DNA of 64,000 bases. Origin: an uncultured Actinomycetes bacterium. GTDB lineage: Bacteria; Actinomycetota; UBA4738; HRBIN12. The notes beneath the pieces are model-generated. The model did no database searches. It was given only the letters and a program-made list of their open reading frames with translations, and had not been told where the DNA came from. The DNA is taken from contig CAWHTI010000012.1 of NCBI GenBank assembly GCA_963832225.1, forward strand, positions 690,692 through 754,691, read 5' to 3'. Below are positions 57,690 through 64,000 of the stretch, piece after piece. A program made the translations under genes and the position numbers. Position 1 is the stretch's first letter. Each line of letters opens with the position of its first letter.

Positions 57690-59441
57690 ATGCTCGGAGA
57701 CGTTGACGATGGTCGAACTCCCCCCTCCGCTCGAGTTCTCGTTGCTCTGCTGATCGCGAGCCTCTCTGTGCAGACGCTCGTGACAGCCGATGCGGTGCGC
57801 GCCGCGGTCACCATCCGAGTTCCTCAGGACTATGCGACCATCCAGGCGGCCGTGAACGCCGCATCGCCTGAAGACACGATCAAGGTCGCCCCGGGGACCT
57901 ACACCGAGAACGTGACGATCGATCGATCGATATCACTCGTGGCAGCGACGTACGATCAGAGCGATCCGCGGAACAACACGGCGATCTTGGACGGGGCCGG
58001 TGGGACCGTCGTCACGATCTCCAGGGGGATCGATCCGGGTCCCACGATCACAGGTTTCGTCATCCGCAACGGAAATAACGGGATCGCAGTCCAGAGTCCG
58101 GCGACCATCGAGCATTCCCATATCATCGATAATCAAGACGCTATCGACTACGTGAGAGGCGGAGGGGGGATCGCCGTCGGCAACGTCATGGAGCGATCCA
58201 TCGATGACAACATCGACAGCAACCATCCCACCGTCGATCTAACGATCGAGGACAACGAGATCCTGCAGGCAGGTGGCGATGGCATCGAAGTGCGACTGCA
58301 CGACGATGCGATCGCCGAGACGACGGTGATCACGATCCGTGGAAACGAGATCGTGGGAAATAGACAGGACGGCATCCAGATCATCGACTATTTCGATGAC
58401 ACGGACCGCCTGCTCGTCATCGAGCGGAACCTGATCAAGAGTGCGGGGTTGGCCGGCATCGGTCTGATGGACAACGGTGTAACCCGCGAGGACTTTCGCG
58501 CGGCTAGCATCCGTGAGCCCATCCGCGTGTTCCACAACACGTTCGTAGACAACGATCACGGAATCTCCGGCGGTGACAACCTGATCGCTCTCAACAACAT
58601 CTTCCAACACCACACCCTGGCGATGAAGAACGTCGACGCGAACTCCATCGCCAGCTACAACATCTTCTGGAACAATGCGGTCGACGCGCAGGGCAGCATC
58701 ATCGATGCGGCAACGACCCTCTCGGCCGATCCGCTCCTCGACGTAAGCAGCCAACTGCGGCCGGGCAGTCCGGCCATCGACGCTGGTACGGCGCACTTCG
58801 AGTGGCGCGGTGAGGTTGTCATGGACCAGCCCTCCGCGGCCTACTACGGCGCCGCGCCCGATCTCGGGTGGCTCGAGTACGTGCTAGGGCGCGTCACAGT
58901 CGCCGACTTCTCGTTCGAGCCAGAAGCCCTCCTGGTCAATCCTGGGAGCGTGGTGAAGTGGGTCTTCCGGGGACCCAGCTCGCACGCAGCGACCGACTCC
59001 ATCGGGCTCGGTCCCACGCGCGCCCCCCTATTCGACTCGGGACCAAAGGGCACCGGCGAGGTGTACAAGTTCAAGTTCGCGGCGGCCGGCCAGTACCCGT
59101 ATTCCTCGACGGCCGCGGCGCCCACGGCGATGAGCGGCACGATCACGGTTCCCGTCACCATCGCACCGATCAGGGGCTCCACCGCGACCCGATTCACGGT
59201 CACCTGGGCCTCGAAGAGCCTCTCGGGTTTCGGTTTCTCGGTCCAATCCCGGTTCAAGCCCGAGGGCTCCTCCTCGTTTACGACGTGGACGAGCTTCGGA
59301 CCCGTCCAGACCGCCCCGTCGGCGGTCTTCGTGCCGGATCGCGGTCCGGGCACGTATCAGTTCAGGTCACAACTTCGGAACGCAACGACCGGTGCGACGT
59401 CGTTGCGTTCCACGCCGACCTCCATCACCGTGACTTCCTGA
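57690..59441 (+). CDS. secreted right-handed parallel beta-helix (pectate-lyase/NosD-like) protein with C-terminal cupredoxin-like and Ig-like domains
   Basis: Signal peptide; beta-helix repeats (ITGFVIRNGNNGIAVQ, GGGIAVGNV, IRGNEIVGNRQDGIQI, NTFVDNDHGISGGDN, NIFWNNAVD); C-terminal domain resembling cupredoxin fold but without the Cys ligand. Confidence 0.6.
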   Translation: MLGDVDDGRTPPSARVLVALLIASLSVQTLVTADAVRAAVTIRVPQDYATIQAAVNAASPEDTIKVAPGTYTENVTIDRSISLVAATYDQSDPRNNTAILDGAGGTVVTISRGIDPGPTITGFVIRNGNNGIAVQSPATIEHSHIIDNQDAIDYVRGGGGIAVGNVMERSIDDNIDSNHPTVDLTIEDNEILQAGGDGIEVRLHDDAIAETTVITIRGNEIVGNRQDGIQIIDYFDDTDRLLVIERNLIKSAGLAGIGLMDNGVTREDFRAASIREPIRVFHNTFVDNDHGISGGDNLIALNNIFQHHTLAMKNVDANSIASYNIFWNNAVDAQGSIIDAATTLSADPLLDVSSQLRPGSPAIDAGTAHFEWRGEVVMDQPSAAYYGAAPDLGWLEYVLGRVTVADFSFEPEALLVNPGSVVKWVFRGPSSHAATDSIGLGPTRAPLFDSGPKGTGEVYKFKFAAAGQYPYSSTAAAPTAMSGTITVPVTIAPIRGSTATRFTVTWASKSLSGFGFSVQSRFKPEGSSSFTTWTSFGPVQTAPSAVFVPDRGPGTYQFRSQLRNATTGATSLRSTPTSITVTS

Positions 59442-59588
59442 GGACCGCGACGGCGATCCGGCACGCGGACCGGAAGGGACCTGCAGCTAGGCAAGTCGCT
59501 CGACGTCTTGGAGGTCGCTGCGGCGACGCAAGGCAACGCTTCGCCGTTGCTGCTTCCTCGCCGTCACGTGTGGTGCCGCAGGAGTCGA

Positions 59589-60470
59589 CTATCTCGCGTA
59601 CCCGAGCCGAGCGACGAGATCCGACGTTTCCCCGTCGAACGCTGCTTGGACCGCCGGTGTGAAGTGGTTGCGCCAATCCCCGGCAACGCCCTTCCGCAGC
59701 TTCGAACCCGTATCCTCTTGTCCCGGCTGGCGCCCGGAGAGGGCACGGAAGCTATACCGCGCCAGGAGGTCGGCGCGTTCGGCCGCCGAGAGCGAAACGC
59801 CGCAATGCTCGAGCAGCCGCTCCCACGATCGCTCGGCGTCCTCGCCGATCAGGTCTTCGTAGCGCACGAGGATGATGTGCGGCTCATCGACCCCGCTCCA
59901 GCTCCGGAGGGCGCCGAACAGGCCGTACGTGCCGAGTCGTTGGATGCTGTCGATCAGCCCCTGTTCCTTGTTCAGCGACGCGAGATGCTCGCGGGTCCGC
60001 TGCATGCCTCGGCTACTGTTCGTCGGGTGCGCGCTGACCGAGGAGAAGTACCAGCTGACGACGATATCGCGAGGGTCCCGGAGCACGAAGAACGCACGCC
60101 ACGGGTCCGCCTTGGGCAGCGCGGCGAAGCCTTCGTAGGGGATGTAGAGCGGTGACACGATCCTGCGGACAGGGAACGGCCGGTCGAACGAGATGTCACG
60201 GTACGGGCGGCTCCTGTCACCCGCGTCGAGCCGCGGACCATAGGCGTAGGTTCGAAGTCCTGTGACACGGTAGACCGTTGGATCAGCGAACACCTTGCGG
60301 ATCCACTGGCTGCCGGTCTTGTGGACGCAGCAGTGGTAGATGTTGCGGACCTCGCTGCGGTGTGCGACGTGCCGCAGACGCACACGGTTCTCCGCGAATG
60401 CCGCCTTCGCCCACGGAGGAACGACGTTGCGGAAGCGCTGATTCCGGAGTAGTCGCTCGTGAACGGACAC
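59589..60470 (-). CDS. sulfotransferase-family protein (PAPS-dependent)
   Basis: 5'-PSB loop CCVHKTGSQW and 3'-PB motif VLRDPRDIVVSWYF; GTG start 60470 chosen (AAAGG RBS); 294 aa. Confidence 0.7.
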   Translation of the reverse strand: MSVHERLLRNQRFRNVVPPWAKAAFAENRVRLRHVAHRSEVRNIYHCCVHKTGSQWIRKVFADPTVYRVTGLRTYAYGPRLDAGDRSRPYRDISFDRPFPVRRIVSPLYIPYEGFAALPKADPWRAFFVLRDPRDIVVSWYFSSVSAHPTNSSRGMQRTREHLASLNKEQGLIDSIQRLGTYGLFGALRSWSGVDEPHIILVRYEDLIGEDAERSWERLLEHCGVSLSAAERADLLARYSFRALSGRQPGQEDTGSKLRKGVAGDWRNHFTPAVQAAFDGETSDLVARLGYAR

Positions 60471-60490
60471 GTCGTCGACCTTTCGCGTAC

Positions 60491-62050
60491 CTACCTCAGA
60501 CGGATGACGCGCCGGGCTCGACTCAACAGCCACCTGCGCTGCACCTCGGACAACCCTCCGAAGACCGCGGCCGCCACCAAGACCACCCCCGAGAGAGCCG
60601 ACGCGACGACCAAACTCACCCACGTCCCGACCGTCACGACGGATCCCAGAGCGGCAGCCGCCCCGAAGAGCCCTGCCGTGACGAGTCCTGCTCGAAGCAT
60701 CGCCACGACCTGAGCAGAGGTCGGGATCGCCAGGATCCGACCGATCATCAGCGGATAGGTGACGCTCTGGACGGCTCGGCCCGCGATGAAGCCCGCGGCC
60801 ACGCCTCCGATGCCGAGGTCGAGCCGCGCGACGAGGAACCACGCGAAGCCGATGGACAGAGCGGCTGACAACAGCCCCAACAGCACCTTCCGACGGATGT
60901 TCAGCGTGAGGTCGATGATGTTCGCATCGACCCGGATGAACGTGAGCTGCAGGATCATCAGCACGATGAGCAGGGTCGGCCCCACGCCCGGGAAGTACCG
61001 CTGCCCGACCCACAACCGGAGGAAGGACTCCTCCCACAGCAGGACCCCTGCCCCGGCCACGGTCGCCATGAGCCAGGCCACCGCCATCGTCTCACTGCGT
61101 ACCCGTGCTGCCCGAACCATCTCTCCCGCGCCGATGAGGCCGCCGAGACCGGGCGCCATGCCGAAGATCACGCTGGTGACCGCTGAGGTGATCGTGAGCG
61201 GGATGAATCGAGTGAGCGAGTAGGTCGTGACCTGCGTCGCAGAGCCGGCGATGCCCAGCACCACGATATCGCCGCCCATCGTGATCCTCGTCACGAAGTT
61301 CCACAGCAGGAACCACCAGCTTAGCCCCAAGAACCGACGAACCGCAGATGCCTCCGGTCTGGCGACACCGAACCAGGGGATGTATCTGCGGGCCAGCCAG
61401 AGGAACAGCGCACCGCTCATCACCGTGACCACGACGGTGGCCACGGCGAGGCCGACCAACCCGGCCCCCGACACCGCCGCCACGACCATCAACCCACCGC
61501 CGACGAACTCGAAGGCGGCCGTGATGCCCATACGCTTGTAGCCGAGGTTCTCGCCTGCGAGCGCGGCCCACGGGATGTTCGTGAGACCCATGATCACCAC
61601 GCCCGCGACCAAGACCGCCGCGGTCAGTCGAACGACGGCGTAGTCGGCGGGTGGCACGTGCAGCCAGATCGGCGCGAACCATCCCACGACCGCGCCGATC
61701 GGAAGGAGGACCGGGATGAAGATCAGCCACACCACGATCGCGCTCGCGACGGCTTGTCGCTTGACCTGGAGGTCGTCGGAGGACTGGCGGTTCGCGATGA
61801 ACCACTTGAGGGCCTCGCTCGGCCGCCCGCCTGCGGGGTTGGTCTGACCGATCAGGCGGTAGACGACCTGCCAGTGTCCGAACGTGACGTCTCCCAGGTA
61901 CCGCAGCAAGAGCGGGTTGACGACGAAGCCGACGATGGCTCGGGCGCCCTGGTTCAGCGCAGTGGCGACCGAATTCAGCGACGCCTTCTTCGTCAAGCTG
62001 CCGTCGGAGAAGACCCTGGACCTGAAGCGAGTCACGAGATCGGCACCCAT
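60491..62050 (-). CDS. polysaccharide biosynthesis protein / Wzx-like MOP-family flippase
   Basis: About 14 TM helices, 519 aa, Wzx/MOP exporter architecture. Confidence 0.7.
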   Translation of the reverse strand: MGADLVTRFRSRVFSDGSLTKKASLNSVATALNQGARAIVGFVVNPLLLRYLGDVTFGHWQVVYRLIGQTNPAGGRPSEALKWFIANRQSSDDLQVKRQAVASAIVVWLIFIPVLLPIGAVVGWFAPIWLHVPPADYAVVRLTAAVLVAGVVIMGLTNIPWAALAGENLGYKRMGITAAFEFVGGGLMVVAAVSGAGLVGLAVATVVVTVMSGALFLWLARRYIPWFGVARPEASAVRRFLGLSWWFLLWNFVTRITMGGDIVVLGIAGSATQVTTYSLTRFIPLTITSAVTSVIFGMAPGLGGLIGAGEMVRAARVRSETMAVAWLMATVAGAGVLLWEESFLRLWVGQRYFPGVGPTLLIVLMILQLTFIRVDANIIDLTLNIRRKVLLGLLSAALSIGFAWFLVARLDLGIGGVAAGFIAGRAVQSVTYPLMIGRILAIPTSAQVVAMLRAGLVTAGLFGAAAALGSVVTVGTWVSLVVASALSGVVLVAAAVFGGLSEVQRRWLLSRARRVIRLR

Positions 62051-62057
62051 CGGGTCG

Positions 62058-63584
62058 TCAGATCCTCGACCACACGGCGGACTTGATCTCGGCGAGCACC
62101 TCGTCCTTCGGGCGACTCGCATCGATCACGACCGCGGGGAGCCGGTCCCAGTCCAGACGCCGGATTTCCTCGCACCGGCTGCGTACGACGTCCTCGTCGT
62201 CGATGCCGCGCTTGCGCTCGACCGCGAGATCGGGATCAACGTTCAGGACGACCAGGATGTCCGGATCGAGGATCCTCGCGTAGTAGTGCCGCTCGAGTCG
62301 AGCCAGGGACCTCACGAGCGGGCTCCCTCCGGGGGTGTCCAGCATCTTGCCCGCCAGTGGTCCGTCCATCAGCTCGATCTCGCGAAGCGGGAAGCGATCG
62401 CTGACGACGATCCCGCCGGCGGTGGCGAACCGACGGGCTCGTCGATACATCAAGTACCGGTCGCGCGCGACCGTGACCTGTTGGACCAACCTCGCGGATG
62501 CGCGACGGCTCATGGACCGTCCGTCCGAGGCAGCCAGCGAAGCGCCGGAGACGGACGGTTCCTTCATGAGTCCACGCACGCCTCGTCGCCAGACACGCCT
62601 CACGACCGACGAGGTCAATGAGCTCGGAGGCTGCCCGAGGTGCACGCGGGTCGTCGCGAAGTCCTTCGAGAGCCAGGCGTGGAGCTCGTTCACGGCCGTG
62701 GACTTTCCCGCTCCATCGCCTCCGACCACGGCGATCAGGACTCCACCGTCCAGCCGAGCCCGAGGCGACGGCCGGTGCAACGCGTGGCGGCGGACCATGA
62801 TGCGCACCCTCCGTGACAGCCTCAGGACGGCGTCGGTACCGTGCCGGCGCCGTGCGTAGGGCGCCAACGCACGTTCCAAGCGATGGGCGGTTCGGATCCG
62901 GACCCAGCCGGTGGCCCCGCCTTCGACGCACCGTCGGCACCGATCCCACAGGGCATCGCCGATGAACGGCAAGTGCTCGCGCACGACGGCCCGCACCTCC
63001 TCGAGGTCCGCACGCTGTGTAAGGAAGTCGAGCTCCCGGGTCTCGCTGGCCGCGAGCCGCCCCTTGTGCGACGCGATCGCGTCCCACGTCGAGTGTTTCA
63101 GCACCATCCGCACGACGAAGGCGGCGAGCTCGAACTCCGGAGCCGGGATCGGAAGCGGAAGCACCCCGTTGCGATCGACCGAGGCGAGGTAGGCGTCCTC
63201 GATCGGGAGCCGGTAGTTCTTCGTTGTGTCGTCGCCGAGCACGAGCTGGTAATGAGCGTGGATGTGCACGAGCTTCCCGGACGCCCCATCGAGCCCGTAC
63301 GAGTGGAACACACCCGGCACCCGTTTCATGGACGGCGACCGAGCATCCTTGAAGCCCAGGCGGCGGATCGCCACGACGAATCGCTGAGCGTCCTGGCCAC
63401 GTACCAGCAGGTCGAGGTCGCTGTCGCCTCGAGCCGAGCGCTCCAGCACGTCATTGCTCTTCCAGTGGCAGTACGCGATCTCCTCTGCGGCCAGGGCATC
63501 ACACAATCTGACGACGAGCGCCAGCGCCACGGCGTACCGATCGTCGAGATCGGTCTCGGCTGGCACGGTCGATGCGCGCGTCAA
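62058..63584 (-). CDS. fusion protein: Pol-beta-like minimal nucleotidyltransferase domain + thymidylate-kinase-like P-loop kinase domain
   Basis: N-term NTase signature ERSARGDSDLDLLV (hG[GS]...SDhDhhV); C-term Walker A VVGGDGAGKSTAV, DRF motif (IVVSDRFPLRE), TMK-like LID/PGG loop (LDTPGGSPLVRS); 508 aa intact. Confidence 0.55.
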   Translation of the reverse strand: MTRASTVPAETDLDDRYAVALALVVRLCDALAAEEIAYCHWKSNDVLERSARGDSDLDLLVRGQDAQRFVVAIRRLGFKDARSPSMKRVPGVFHSYGLDGASGKLVHIHAHYQLVLGDDTTKNYRLPIEDAYLASVDRNGVLPLPIPAPEFELAAFVVRMVLKHSTWDAIASHKGRLAASETRELDFLTQRADLEEVRAVVREHLPFIGDALWDRCRRCVEGGATGWVRIRTAHRLERALAPYARRRHGTDAVLRLSRRVRIMVRRHALHRPSPRARLDGGVLIAVVGGDGAGKSTAVNELHAWLSKDFATTRVHLGQPPSSLTSSVVRRVWRRGVRGLMKEPSVSGASLAASDGRSMSRRASARLVQQVTVARDRYLMYRRARRFATAGGIVVSDRFPLREIELMDGPLAGKMLDTPGGSPLVRSLARLERHYYARILDPDILVVLNVDPDLAVERKRGIDDEDVVRSRCEEIRRLDWDRLPAVVIDASRPKDEVLAEIKSAVWSRI

Positions 63585-63717
63585 CCCGCGACCCCGACGG
63601 GGGATCGGGGTAGAGACCCGGCTCGCGAAACGGCCATCACCCTCTCACGGTATGCAACCCCCGTCGGCCGCGCACCGGTGCCCGGGGGTATCTCTCGTAC
63701 GTCAACAGCAGTAGGGA

Positions 63718-64000
63718 TCATGGGCGGATCGCGTCGGTGCGACGATCAACCTCGATCGGAGCGCGGGGCGGTATCCACGCCCAGCCGGCGGGAAAGACGT
63801 CGTCGCGCGTGTACACGTTCAGGTCGAACGCTTCCAGGATCTCCATCGCACGCGCCTCTTCGTCCGCGTCGACCTTGCGCCGCCATTTGTTGACGAGATC
63901 TGGGCGCCTGTCGACGCCGGTCTCGAACAACAGGTGCTGCGTCTCCTCGCTCGACTTGATCCTGACGTTCACCGAGGGCACGGCGAGCGCGTCCCTCATA
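63718..64000 (-). CDS. hypothetical protein, 5'-partial (start beyond window end)
   Basis: Open minus-strand frame from window edge to stop at 63718; no recognisable motif. Confidence 0.3.
   Translation of the reverse strand, partial: MRDALAVPSVNVRIKSSEETQHLLFETGVDRRPDLVNKWRRKVDADEEARAMEILEAFDLNVYTRDDVFPAGWAWIPPRAPIEVDRRTDAIRP

Noticed and set aside
59589-61037. Full 482-aa extent of the sulfotransferase ORF
   Set aside because: The upstream 189 codons overlap the flippase gene in another frame and are Arg/Gly-rich. Sulfotransferase homology begins at the GTG at 60470.
1-64000. CRISPR arrays, rRNA, tRNA, IS elements/transposases
   Set aside because: I found no regularly spaced direct repeats, no T-loop-like GTTCGAATC-context cloverleaf candidates in intergenic regions, and no DDE/transposase or integrase motifs in any frame. 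The only tandem repeat is the 18-bp duplication at 19721-19756.

Overview
This is a high-GC (about 70%) actinobacterial-type chromosomal segment, dense in signalling and regulatory genes, with no rRNA, tRNA, CRISPR array or transposase that I could recognise.

**Content, start to end:**
- 0.8-2 kb: a membrane protein plus a short GntR (YtrA-like) regulator.
- 2.1-5.3 kb: a secreted cupin, a membrane-anchored blue-copper (cupredoxin) protein and a sulfatase.
- 5.6-8.9 kb: an ABC-2 exporter operon with one ATPase and two permeases, one permease frameshifted.
- 9-28 kb: two large ATPase-TPR-LuxR regulators and five class III adenylate/guanylate cyclase-domain (CHD) genes with different partner domains. 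The partners are a STAND ATPase-TPR module (twice), a ferredoxin domain and an alpha/beta-hydrolase (twice). A stand-alone NuoF-like FMN/Fe-S flavoprotein and a badly decayed dinB also lie here.
- 29-43 kb: a PAP2-like/protein-kinase-like membrane fusion, a RibD-C/DHFR-family reductase, several secreted beta-propeller and RTX-repeat proteins, an ArsR-SRPBCC pair, a FAD oxidase, an EAL-domain remnant, an ADP-ribosylglycohydrolase and a LacI regulator.
- 43-50 kb: a LacI-adjacent sugar ABC uptake operon. Its ATPase is intact, but the binding protein and both permeases are riddled with frameshifts. It is followed by an intact 837-aa PHP-type metallohydrolase-like protein and an amidase.
- 52-55 kb: tandem secreted PD40 beta-propeller proteins, a 5'-truncated GH13 remnant and an ECF sigma factor.
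- 56-64 kb: a lower-GC (about 60-63%) island with an NAD-dependent sugar epimerase, a secreted beta-helix protein, a sulfotransferase, a Wzx/MOP flippase and a novel nucleotidyltransferase plus thymidylate-kinase-like fusion. This looks like a horizontally acquired glycan sulfation/modification module.

**Main caveat:** many genes read in two or three frames with no homopolymer at the shift sites. The frameshifts are clustered rather than uniform, so I cannot distinguish real pseudogenisation from local assembly error. Coordinates I derived by hand may be off by 1-2 nt; ORF-track coordinates were trusted where available.
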